Shown here: positions 10,877-22,168 of the stretch, piece by piece
Position numbering within the stretch: position 1 is the first letter of the stretch
Layout of the letters: every line of letters starts with the position of its first letter
Assembly (NCBI GenBank): GCA_000004985.1
Contig: GG738851.1
Strand: one strand, 5' to 3'
DNA: 64,000 nt
DNA from: Naegleria gruberi
Taxonomy: Eukaryota
Notes under the pieces: model-generated
The model's database searches: none
The model's input: only the letters and a program-made list of their open reading frames with translations
Told to the model about the DNA's origin: nothing
Program-made: the position numbers and the translations under genes

Positions 10877-12244
10877 ATGAAACGAACCTCTTCCGAAGAC
10901 AACTCTCTCGATACTTTTTCATCATCAAAAAAGCAAAAATCCAATCAATTATTGGAAATGAAACCTCTAAATATTCTCGTTTGTCGGTATGATCCATTTG
11001 TTTTGGGTCATGTATTCAAGTTTTGTTCGCCAATGGATTTGCCATCACTTGCTGTGGTGTGTAAGGATTGGCATGATTTGTACTTTTCCCGTGAGAAGAT
11101 CGTACTCATTCTGAAGGAGTGGGTCGATACTCAATGGAATAACAAGATTTGTTCAGGAAAATTGACATGGACTTGGTCTGTGGAATATAACCCAGAGAAT
11201 GAATATCATTCATTGGCATATTGGTTAAGATTGTTGAATGTATTGAAGGAAGTGAATATAATGATCACAGATGAGCAAGGGAAAAAAGATGATAATGATG
11301 AAGAAGAAGAAAACGAAGAGGAACATGATGACGAAGAGGAAGAACAAGACGTAGAGGAAGATGAAGAGGAAGATGACCAAGAAGATGAAGGAGAGGATGA
11401 AGAAAATGATGAACATGATGATACTGAGGATTTAAAGAAGATATCACATTCTGTAGAGTTTATTGAGATGGGCAATACGAAACTGTGTAAAATCACAACA
11501 TCCTCAAATAGATTTCTCCTAGTTTCGAATAATGGGAATATTATCCGTTTCAAAAGGAAGAAGAAGGAATTGTTATGCTCTTTTTATGGAGGTTTATCAT
11601 ATCCAAGTTTTGAAAATTGTAATTATAGAAGTGATTATTGGGTTTCCCTTGTTCCAGGTAAAAAGGGAATTTTAGTTTTGCAATTAAAACAAATGGTGAA
11701 ATATTTGGGATTTGATGATGAATATTTAGTAGCATGCAATCTCATTGACATTATTGGATTGAAAAAAGCGAAGGTTTCTAATTCAAAGTATACAGATTAC
11801 CCTTGGGATCAAGGAGAAGCTGACGGAATAATAGAATTTGTGCCTTGGGAAATTGTAACTGCGTGCACAACAAGTGATTATGACATATCGCATATTTGTG
11901 AATGTTTGGATGATCGATTTTTCAATAGTTTCGACTTATTCTGCAAGTTAATAGAAGTCAGTACTACCATGTACACTGAATCCATAATCAAGAATATTTC
12001 TCTCAAAGTTGACAGTGAATTTTTCAAGAATAGAGGGTTGTTGAAATATTGTCGTCAGGAAAGAAAATTATTCAAGTTATTGGATGAGTCATTGAGACAT
12101 GATAAGGAATTCCTTAAAGAGGCTCTAAGAGTCAACCCATCCATTCTCAAGTATCTTTTTAAAAAGGAATATACGGATATCATTGAAATTGATAGAGAGC
12201 TGATTTTAGACTGCTTGAATCGTTTAAGTGTAGCTCAGCAATAA
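10877..12244 (+). CDS. F-box-like protein with a long acidic (D/E) low-complexity stretch
   Basis: 455-codon ORF. The N-terminal LNILVCRYDPFVLGHVFKFCSPMDLPSLAVVCKDWHDL resembles an F-box. Residues around 135-180 are poly-D/E. Single exon. Confidence 0.6.
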   Translation: MKRTSSEDNSLDTFSSSKKQKSNQLLEMKPLNILVCRYDPFVLGHVFKFCSPMDLPSLAVVCKDWHDLYFSREKIVLILKEWVDTQWNNKICSGKLTWTWSVEYNPENEYHSLAYWLRLLNVLKEVNIMITDEQGKKDDNDEEEENEEEHDDEEEEQDVEEDEEEDDQEDEGEDEENDEHDDTEDLKKISHSVEFIEMGNTKLCKITTSSNRFLLVSNNGNIIRFKRKKKELLCSFYGGLSYPSFENCNYRSDYWVSLVPGKKGILVLQLKQMVKYLGFDDEYLVACNLIDIIGLKKAKVSNSKYTDYPWDQGEADGIIEFVPWEIVTACTTSDYDISHICECLDDRFFNSFDLFCKLIEVSTTMYTESIIKNISLKVDSEFFKNRGLLKYCRQERKLFKLLDESLRHDKEFLKEALRVNPSILKYLFKKEYTDIIEIDRELILDCLNRLSVAQQ

Positions 12245-12373
12245 AGGGATATTTACTGTATTTCCATGCTCGAATTACTGTTGTGGCTAAACATCTGGTT
12301 GTGGTGTGTTGAAATTTTTAAATTGAGATTTATTCCAATAATATAACAAAAAGCAGTGTGTTATTGCATTAAT

Positions 12374-15357
12374 TTACATGAGAAAGTTAATAATCGAAAT
12401 GATCAAGATTAAGATAAGTGAACATCTAACATTTGTAGATTGTCCAACAACAGGATTTGAAAGAGAAGATGTGGCATTGATAACTTCAGTAAATGGACTA
12501 CCAGTTGATGGAATGGTAGTTGGAGCAGATGGTTTCTCTGCTAAGGTAACATCCCCAGTAATGACCATACTGAATGCTTGTTTTCCCTTATTGGTGGATT
12601 TGGCTCCAACCTTGACTGTGAAATTACCTTGTGGTAAATTGGAAATTACAATACTTTCTGCAGTGTTGACCGTATCGAGAGTGTTGCCTGTGATGGCTCC
12701 ATTTCCATAATAATATTTCTTTCCAACAACTGCGACAACACTAATGTCGTTGATGAGTTTCTTGGTTTTTACAGAGCTAAGTGTATCAGCAGCAGATGGT
12801 AAATCGTACCAAGCAATGGTAACTTTCAGTGTGGTTACAGAATTGGCCTTCAAAGGAATGTCAACTTGTTGATTGGCATCAAGTGAATATCTATTGGCTA
12901 CGAGAATATTCTTAATTCTGTTCACACTTGCTGAATCAGTGTCAATCTTCAAGACATTTTGTAAATTGATTCTTCCAAAACCATTGTACTTGTTTGGTGA
13001 GTTGAATTGACTCAAATACAAATCAGTACCTCCAATTTGCACAAATCCCTTCATGACTTCTCCTGAGTGCAGAATCATGGCTTTGACCAAAGTCCCTGAC
13101 AAGGTTTGAGAAGGTGAACTATTGAAAATATTGTAATCGACTAATTTCTTCTTATTATCCTTTACCAAGTAGTGTCTTACCAAAGCTAATCAATTATTGA
13201 AACATTAAATGTAAATAATTAAATAAAATCAATGCCAACTACTTACCTGCTGCTCCAGAAACTGCAGGAGTTGCCATACTATATATGCATTGAAAAAGAA
13301 ATGTTAAATAACAAAGCTACACATCTCAAAAGCACTTACCTAGTTCCAGATTTTCCTACAGGATCACAAGAAGCAGTATTCAAAGAACTGATTGTACTGT
13401 AACCTGGTGCAGCAACTGAAAAGATTAATGTTAAGCTTTCAATTGTCAATGAGTGAAATACTTACTATCTGGTTTGATTCTATTATCATAGGTAGGTCCT
13501 TTTCCAGAAAAACTAGCCATATTCTCAAATTCAAAAACGGTATAATTTCTGCTTGTAAAGAACTGCTTGTAATAGGAAGATGGTGCATAGGAAGCGCCAA
13601 CTGTCAATGAATTCTTTGATGTGGATGGATCTCCCAAATTGGAATCAGTTGAGTATTCACCATCGTTACCAGCAGCCATTACAACAGTCACTTCATCATT
13701 TGAACTCAAAAAAGTGTCAACTCTATTACTGTCATATCCATAAAGATTACAATAGTGACAACATCTGGTACCAGTCAATGCCATACAAGAGGCATCAGTG
13801 ACAGCAGCACCTCGAGTATTATCAGAATTCAATTCATAGCATTTACAATCATAATCACACTAATAATGAGATTCAAGTTGACTGATTTTTCATATTATGA
13901 AAACTTACATCATAAGGATTACCACATCCCCAACTGTTACTTGAAATTTTAGATCCAGCATTGGTAAATGCATTAGACAAAACGGTATTCATATCACCAA
14001 TGTATAATCCTCCATTTGCTCCTGCTTGCACATCCACTGCATAGAGTTTGGCATCCTTGGCCACACCAACATTCTTATCCATGACTGTGGTTCCAAGTGT
14101 TTGTGGATATCCAGCAATGGTTCCTGCTACGTGAGTGCCATGACCTTCTCCATCTGTCAAATCACCATACTGTCCATTCTTATTATAGTAAACGACCTTT
14201 CTATAATTCAAATTAACACTTGTCTTGGTGCTTGGTTCACTACTGCCAGTAAAGAGACAATGTCCAAGAGTTATTCCAGTATCGATAACTGAAACAACCT
14301 CAGAGGCACCTGTAATTCCATTATTCCACATGTAGGTATAATTGGATCCACCTCCATTTTGAATCACTTGATTGGCTCCATAATTCTTAATCTCATGAAT
14401 ACGTTGACGAATGACCACATCTACAGAATCATCACTCGACAAGTAATTTAACAATTCCTGACCCATCTCACTTGACATGTCCTCTATTAATCCTTCAAGT
14501 TCTTGATTCATCTTGAAGAACTTTTGAATTTCTTCTCTTCTTTTCAATGATTGAACAATTGGAGAATCAAATTTTCCTTCTTTGATCAATTTCCAAACTC
14601 CGTAATCAAAGTTTGCGAGTGTGACTTGAACAGCATGAGTTTCACTTTGCCAATCGAGGTCGAATAGAGAGTTGGCTTGATCTCTGATGAATTCACGAAT
14701 GATAGTTTCGTCTTGTTGAGTGGAAAGTGCAGTTTCGGCAAGTTTCGAATTATGAATGGATTGTTGAATTTGTTGAATGTTTAGTTTGGACAAGGATCGA
14801 GTCATTTTTTGAGTATAACTGGAAAGGTACCAATTTCTCAATCTATTCATCGTTTGCAATCTTTCCATTTCGTTTAGTTTACTATCTAATACAATCTTCA
14901 AGCCACCAAGTTTCAACGAATCCAAACTAAGTTTCGTAAATGATTTCTTATCTGAATTCGAAACCTTCTTGATCCATTCAATATTCAATTTAGCAAAATT
15001 ATTATTCGAAAGCTCTTGAATCTGAAGTGTTGTGAGTCTTGTAGTAAAAACTGGAATGTCGGAATGAAATTGAAATTCCTTGTAATTGTCAACCTTCATC
15101 AATTGTGCCATTCTATTGAGAAAGTCATCTGTCATGATGGTATTATCACGTATTTTGACATGTACGAGCATTCTTTGGGTGTTTGAAATTGTTTGTGTGG
15201 TTTGTACATTTAATTTTGGAGTGTTGGAAACTGTTTCGAATAAATTTTCTACATGGTTGTATGTTTCCAATAGTTTGGAAGGTTCTTGTTGTAGTGAGAA
15301 TCCAATGCAACAAAGGAGTGCTGCAAAAAGTATCAATTTGGCAGCACCTAATGTCAT
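12374..15357 (-). CDS. subtilisin-like serine protease B (paralog of A); 5 exons
   Basis: Exons on the minus strand: 15357..13909 (1449 nt, the same length as exon 1 of A), 13859..13466, 13415..13340, 13278..13247 and 13185..12374. Donors are gtaagttt, gtaagtat, gtaagtgc and gtaagtag. Catalytic motifs are VIDTGITLGH, HGTHVAGTIAG, VVMAAGNDG and GTSMATPAVSGAA. The protein is about 920 aa. The C-terminus ILILIISIINFLM is hydrophobic. Confidence 0.8.
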
Positions 15358-15666
15358 GTTGTTATTTTTTTTAATGATGATTTATTCTGAAACAGCTGAC
15401 AGATATGCTTCTTAGAAAGGAAAGCGAACCCATGAAAATATTCGAATATTTCCCTATCTGACTGTGAGATAACATTACAAAAACATGTGAAAACCAACCA
15501 TAACCAACTAAAAACGAATGAAATAACAATTTACAATTCCTTGTTTGAAATGAAAGATAATTTGTTGTGTTGGATTTTGTTAGAAGAATAATGAATGAAT
15601 GTATTCTAATAATTCAAAGTTGTTAAAAAGCATTCAAGTTTCATGAAGATCAGATCGGTTACGGAT

Positions 15667-18600
15667 CTAGTAAAACGATTTCCTACATAGTCCAACAACT
15701 ACGTTACAATCTTCTGGTAAATCTTCTCCTTCGTTTCGTAATTCTTCGTAATCCAATAATTGATTTTTAACTTCCACTAGGTCTCTGAATAATAGATCTG
15801 AACTGTTTGGATAGAGTGGATGGTCACTGGAATAGAGAACTTTAAAAGCAATAAAATTAACCCTTTCGTATGGTGAAATTTCTACCTCAACTGGTTTTCC
15901 TAAAAACAAAAATTGTCTATATAGTTTTTCAATTCTGTTTGAAATATCAGGAGGATATAATTCCACTTTGAGTAGCTGTTTTTCGAATCCCCTCCGAAAC
16001 CTGATGTTAGTGATATTAACTGAGTTGGCTGAATCCTCCCTTACTGGTTTGCACCATTTTTGTATTTGTAATTTTTTTTCCTCACGTCTCAAATCGTCCA
16101 ATAAAAGTAAATCCTTTGGTTGAACTGGATGGTAGGCGTCATGATAGAAATTTCTCGTAATTGGATTAAAACTACCAACTCTTTGAGTGCTTGGTTCTAT
16201 TGTTATCCATTGAATTCTATTCGATACGTCTGATTTATCCAAGGAATCGGTAGCATTGAGAATATAGTCCAAATCATTGAGAGAATGAATAAGGAATTTA
16301 CACTTATTTTTCTGCAAGGTTTTATCCAACATTTTAGGTGTGAACTTGTCGTACTTTAAAATAGTTAGATCCAGATAGTCTGATTTCTTTTCTACAATTT
16401 CTTTAGACAATTCCAAATGCTTGGATCTCAAAGATTCATCATTATAGTAGGAGCCAAGGAGCAACTTGGGATTTCTGCTTCTGTATTTAATTGTAATTAA
16501 AGAATTGAATTCAAGAAGAAACATACCTGCAAGCAAAGTCATAGAGAAGCAGTTTTGCCAATCCCTCAAGTTTGTCCTTCAAGTGTGAGCACACAACTCT
16601 TCTAGGATAATGCAAATATTGATTTTTTACCAAACTATGATGGTATCCTGGTACTGCACAAGAGAATCCTCTTTTAGCATACTGTAGATGAAAAAAATTA
16701 TTATATATACAAATGATCTCCTTAATCTCGTTGATATATGACTTACCTTAAACAGCCTATAAGTATAAGTAGTAGATTGCCTATCTACATCAACAAGATT
16801 TGTTCTGTGTGAAAGAGCTCTAATAGCTCTATCGCTGCACCAAACAGTTGATCCATCAAATCCTATTGTACAACTATCTACATCAAATCCCAAAAGTATT
16901 TCTAAAAGAATCATAAAATTAACCATAAAAAGCATAATTGAAATACATACCAGCTGGTGATTTGTATATACGAAGTACTATTTGAATAGGAGGTAATCTA
17001 TACATGTAAAAAGTAACAGCATATTTTGTTCGAACAACCAAAATGTCATCATTGATGAATTCTTGTTTTGCTTCACCGAAATATTGAGATACCTTACTTT
17101 TTTCTCCCCAAATTATATACTTTTCTTCTCTTACAAACCTAGTGTCTGATGATTTGAGAATGGACAAGTTTTGTTTAACAACCTGATAAATGTGCTTAAT
17201 TTTCAGTTCTGCTTCTTCCTCAGTCATGGCATAGAGGAATAAATCAATATCTGATTTTTTAAAGGCATGAGGAATATTAGGATCTGCTACTTCTCTCGCA
17301 TTTGGGACAGAATCTATGCTAGTTGTTGATAAGTTTTTAGAGTCTATTGTTTTGCGGCTATTATGATTGAAAAATTCAAATCTGTGCAAATGGTCATTCT
17401 CAACAAAAAAGCTCTTTCTGAAACTAGCTCCAACAACGTAAAAAGTATCAGAATCTTTGAATTCTTTATCCTTAAGTCCTTCGATATCGTTTTCAATTTT
17501 AACAGGTGTTGCTTGTGCAATAAATGCTTGATCTTCTACTGGAATTTCTTTCAAACAACATCCCAAGACACTACCTCCTAATTTAAATATTAAAAAAACA
17601 AATTGAGGAACAAGATTAACAATACTACGTACCTGCAACGAAAACACCAGACCAATCCATGCCATCCAACAATCTCTTAGTTAAATTCGAAAAATTATGT
17701 TTGAAGGTTTCCAAATTAGAAACAAGACATGTTTTTGGAGCTTGTTTGGAATAGGTTGTGACATCACATAAATTCAATAGCTTTGGACAATCAGAAAAAT
17801 TGATTTTAAACTTTCCCTTTGACTGAATCACATCTTTGACTTCAAAGAGAGGAGATAGGAACAGATAGGGAACTTTCAATAATTCATTATTCCTATCTTT
17901 CACAAATAATTCTCTTAATTTGTCTTCTCGTTCTTTGAGTCTAATGTTTTCTATAGAGAGCAATTCAATAGGATATCTGCATGGATCCAGATAATCCTTG
18001 GTCATAGTCTCCAATCCATAAAACTTGGCTTCCAAAAAGAGTTGACTTTTTCTTTCATTTGACATACTACGTGGGAAATGGTTGAATTTACCATGTGAAA
18101 TTAAGTATCCATGAATCAGTCTGAATAAATCCGGATTTCTATCAATGAAAATTTGTCCCTTATGATTGAGCTTGAAGGATGGTGATTGGATATATTTGGT
18201 AATAAGAAAATTGTCAAATTTTGCCAAAGAAGAAAAGGGTATGGAATAGAGCTGACCTGATACATTCACATTTACACTTGCATCTTGTGAGTTGTGATTA
18301 ATAAAATTTTGGTACTTTTCAGCAAGTTGCTTGGCAAGTAATTGCGAACTTTCTCTAGATTTTTCTGTTTGAGAATTCATATTTCTAATAGATTGATCCA
18401 ATAATTCTGTATTAACTCTATCTTTAACAATCTTGTCGCATTCACTTCTATCAGCATTGCACTCATTCAAATGATACTTGACAATCAAGTCAGCAATATA
18501 TTCCTTCAATTCGTTCAATTTGAAAAATTCTGCCTCCTTTTCAATATCTCTCAATTGATCATAATTTAACACATCAATGCCAATGGCATCAACTTGTCTA

Positions 18601-19013
18601 CTCCTCAAATATTCCAAAATAAACTCAAAAACATGTGGATTTCTATCTTTCAAATCCGAAACTTGCACCTCAGCAATTTCCTTCACCGTATTTCTGCATG
18701 TATGAAACTCTACATTGCCAACTTGTAAAATCATCATATCATCCTGCATGGTACGCAACCTATTAACTATCATCATTTCTTTTTCAGAATCTTCATCATC
18801 ACAACCATCATTAATATTATTATTTAATTTTCCCAAAATCCTTTCCGATTGCTGAATTTCTTCTTGATCATGAATATAAATTCTATGAAACCGATCGATC
18901 AATTCGCTCGTATAACTCTCTCCCGAAGGTTCTTGTTGTTCACCATTATCACGATCATCTGTTTTGAAATCTTGTATAGACTGCTGAGAATTCGCTTCAA
19001 GATGTCGCTTCAT
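15667..19013 (-). CDS. large protein with two KCTD/T1-type BTB domains followed by an uncharacterised C-terminal region; 5 exons
   Basis: Exons on the minus strand: 19013..17633, 17577..16951, 16901..16747, 16681..16527 and 16480..15667. Introns are 55, 49, 65 and 46 nt (gtacgtag, gtatgtat, gtaagtca, gtatgttt). BTB_2-like segments are ILQVGNVEFHTCRNTVKEI...FEFILEYLRS and VNVSGQLYSIPFSSLAKFDNF...IFIDRNPDLFRLIHGYL. The frame stays open through all junctions, giving about 1043 aa. Confidence 0.7.
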
Positions 19014-19243
19014 TTTTTTTACATTTAAAAATTTCCACAGAATATTGGAAAATCAAACATTTTACAATGGACCATTTAATTTACAATTAATGGCCAATAC
19101 CAACATAAATTTATGATTCTGGAATTGCCTGGTTAGTACCTTTTTATACTCCCAACTTCCAGCTCGGAGTTGACAATCGGAGAATGAATAGTTTTAAATT
19201 AACTTAATCTATTGTGAACTCGTCATTTCTTGCTTTTAAAAAA

Positions 19244-20557
19244 ATGAAATCACTTCTCCTCCCTCTCACCATTCTCCTCTTTTTAATTTCATCCCATGTC
19301 CTGTCGCAAGTCAATGTCAAATCAGTCAATTGGCTTCAAGGTAATCATGACGAATTTCAAACAAATCGTCTTCAATTATTGAAATCAACTCCAAATTTTA
19401 ACATTACACTTCAGGGTAGTCCAACAATTTATTTTGACAATTTTTTAGTGATTGCTGACGTTCAGAGAAATATTTTACTCACGAATTATGCAGTTTACGA
19501 TGGTGAAAAGTTTCCACAATTAATGGATTTTGGTTTGGTTAAGGTTGATTTGACAAGTGGCAATTTGATTAAATTGAATTTTGACACTGACAGACCAGCT
19601 TTTAGTTTTTCAGCAGTTTCTCATGCAGTGATGAGTCCACAAGGTGTTTATTACTTTGCACTTTCTAGACAACATGCTGGATTGAATTTTGTCTTTTCAT
19701 ATAATTTGACAGGTGGCAGTAATAACTTGGGTTATTCCAATTATTTTTCAATTCCTGATGGTGTTGAAGTAGATGGACTTGCATTTGTTGATAACACTCT
19801 TTATGTGTCAAATGCCATTGCAATTGAAGCTTATACACCTGACATGATCATGAAATGGAGAATGCCAACAGGTTTCACATATGGACCTGCATCCAATTTG
19901 ATTACTACTCAAGAAAATGGAAAGAATATTCTCTATTATGCAGTTCAAAATACCATCTTTCGTTTAGATACTACGACAACAGTTGTTTCACAATATCAAA
20001 TTGGAAATGTTGGCGCCAAATTTATTTCCTATTTGGGAAGTGGTAATTTGTTGGTTGTTGCCAGTAATGATGATAGCAGTGAAGATTTCATCTATGCTGT
20101 AAATGTACTCAATAGAAGTACATTGAAATTACAAGTCAATCAATCTGAACTTGGTAGAATTGTCAAATGTTCCAATTCATTGAATATTCAAACAAGTCCA
20201 CTTTCAACTTTCTCAATTATTTCATGTGGAAAACATAAAGGAACTGAAAGAGACAAGAATGCAATTGGTATCTTACTTGATACAACTGGAAATCCAACAT
20301 TCTCAGTTGTCTGGCATTTACCAATTCAAGCAAATGATGTTCGCTTCTCAGCCACTCAAAATGATAAGCAAATTCTAATGACCAATGATTTTGGATATAT
20401 TGTCTTGGATATTCAAAGTGGAAAGATGATTTCTGCAAAGAAATCAACTATTGCCAATTCATCATGTAAGGTAATTACTGCAATCAATGGAAAATTCTAT
20501 TCAGTTTGTTCAAGTTCTTATAATGGCGTTGTTACTCTTGCCTCTGATTTGATTTAA
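19244..20557 (+). CDS. secreted protein of unknown function (signal peptide MKSLLLPLTILLFLISSHVLSQ)
   Basis: ORF 19214..20557. The probable start is the Met at 19244, followed by a cleavable signal peptide. The body is Ser/Thr/Asn/Tyr-rich and beta-rich. It shares a 230-nt divergent promoter with the BTB gene. Confidence 0.55.
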   Translation: MKSLLLPLTILLFLISSHVLSQVNVKSVNWLQGNHDEFQTNRLQLLKSTPNFNITLQGSPTIYFDNFLVIADVQRNILLTNYAVYDGEKFPQLMDFGLVKVDLTSGNLIKLNFDTDRPAFSFSAVSHAVMSPQGVYYFALSRQHAGLNFVFSYNLTGGSNNLGYSNYFSIPDGVEVDGLAFVDNTLYVSNAIAIEAYTPDMIMKWRMPTGFTYGPASNLITTQENGKNILYYAVQNTIFRLDTTTTVVSQYQIGNVGAKFISYLGSGNLLVVASNDDSSEDFIYAVNVLNRSTLKLQVNQSELGRIVKCSNSLNIQTSPLSTFSIISCGKHKGTERDKNAIGILLDTTGNPTFSVVWHLPIQANDVRFSATQNDKQILMTNDFGYIVLDIQSGKMISAKKSTIANSSCKVITAINGKFYSVCSSSYNGVVTLASDLI

Positions 20558-20896
20558 TTAAAATGTCTAATAAAGTCTGAAAAAAATTAAATTCTAAAAA
20601 GTAAAGTTAAATGAAATTGTGAAAAAAATTGGGATTTGGCAGAAAATATGTTATGATATTATTTTGTTTTTTGAAAATTTATGTTTTAACATTTAGAAGC
20701 CACGATGAACATGATAAACTTATCGCTTTAGGAAAAATGTAAAAAAATTACCTCCAAGACGAGGCTTCCAAATATGGAAATACAAAGAATTTTAAAAAAA
20801 TAAAAACGAAATTATTAAATCATTGGTGTATTCTATCATACCATTAAAGATGTATTTGTAAAAATATCATTATAAAGAGAAAATCAAAAATTATGA

Positions 20897-20967
20897 CTCG
20901 AGTGCCGGGAATTGAACCCGGGTCGCCAGAGTGACAGTCTGGAATGCTACCACTATACCACACCCGA
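20897..20967 (-). tRNA. tRNA-Asp (anticodon GTC)
   Basis: Reverse complement is TCGGGTG TG GTATAGTGGTAGCAT T CCAGA CTGTCAC TCTGG CGAC CCGGG TTCAATT CCCGG CACTCGA G. Cloverleaf with a 7-bp acceptor stem, TPsiC loop TTCAATT and anticodon loop CT-GTC-AC. It closely resembles eukaryotic tRNA-Asp. Confidence 0.85.
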
Positions 20968-21065
20968 TTTCACATCAATATTATACTAGGTGTTGACTTT
21001 ATACTAATGGTGACATCTTAATTGTGCTTTCCATACCGACAATTTCAACAAAATTCAAGAAAAAA

Positions 21066-22067
21066 ATGTCATCCTTCTCTACCTTTGCCGAACTTTACCA
21101 AAACGCCCTACGAGAATGTAAACTTCGAAAACACTCCCTGTTCAATATTAACGTATCAAAAATTGGATCAACCACAAACAAGAAACAAAACAATTACTCA
21201 CTCGGAAGGGATTTATTTCATCTGTGGAGTGGATTACGAGATACCATCCTATTGGATTATGCAGTCCTGAAAGATTCCGATTGTACTGACTTGCAAAATC
21301 TATCCAAACAATTATCAATATTGGAAAATAACAATTCGGAATTATTAAATAATTTTCCTCACACGAGTCATGAAAATGTTAATAAGTTAAATTTTGGAAA
21401 TATTGGAGTGATGATTATTAAATTCTGGATGTTTTTTGATGGAAAGAGAGAGGAAATGATTTTTAATTATTTGATAAATACTGAGAAATTGAAACAGAGA
21501 TTGGAAAAATTACAGAGTTGTGATTTGAATTTAATTTTCATTGATATTGATGCATTGGATCGAAAGGAACCATATCTGGAGTGTGGAGAAAAGATACAGA
21601 ATAATATTCAACCATTTATTCAATTAATTTCTAATCAAATAATTGAGAATTTCAATAATGGAAATGGAAAATGTGTTTTTGAAATTGATTTTTCCTCGCA
21701 TTTAACTCCATCACTGCCATTCCTTCCATTTGATGCAACTCTCATGAATGGAATTCTTCTTAATTATCCAATCATTCTATTTTATGGATCCAGATTTCCA
21801 ATTCAGCAAACATCCAACAAGAATTTGAAATTTTATGCCAATCATGTATTGAATAATATCGATCTGTACAGATATACCCTTTCTTGCACTCAAGAACATC
21901 AAGAAACTCTCCTCCAATTCATCATTCCTCAATCAATCTATTCAGAAAACTCACAAATGATTGATTCCACAATTGAACAGTGGCTATCCACTCAACAACA
22001 ATCCAACAAGAAACCTCATTTACAACTCTCCAAGGAAACCATTCAATACGACAATATAGTCCTCTAA
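21066..22067 (+). CDS. hypothetical protein
   Basis: ORF 21024..22067. An internal Met at 21066 (MSSFSTFAELYQ) has an A-rich context and is the more likely start. No recognisable domain. Confidence 0.45.
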   Translation: MSSFSTFAELYQNALRECKLRKHSLFNINVSKIGSTTNKKQNNYSLGRDLFHLWSGLRDTILLDYAVLKDSDCTDLQNLSKQLSILENNNSELLNNFPHTSHENVNKLNFGNIGVMIIKFWMFFDGKREEMIFNYLINTEKLKQRLEKLQSCDLNLIFIDIDALDRKEPYLECGEKIQNNIQPFIQLISNQIIENFNNGNGKCVFEIDFSSHLTPSLPFLPFDATLMNGILLNYPIILFYGSRFPIQQTSNKNLKFYANHVLNNIDLYRYTLSCTQEHQETLLQFIIPQSIYSENSQMIDSTIEQWLSTQQQSNKKPHLQLSKETIQYDNIVL

Positions 22068-22168
22068 TAAACCCGAATTCGAATGCTCATTTGTTGTGTG
22101 AAAAAATTGATTGTGTAATTGAGCGCCAATTCAATCAACATGCAAAATTACCAAATTAATAGAAAAAA

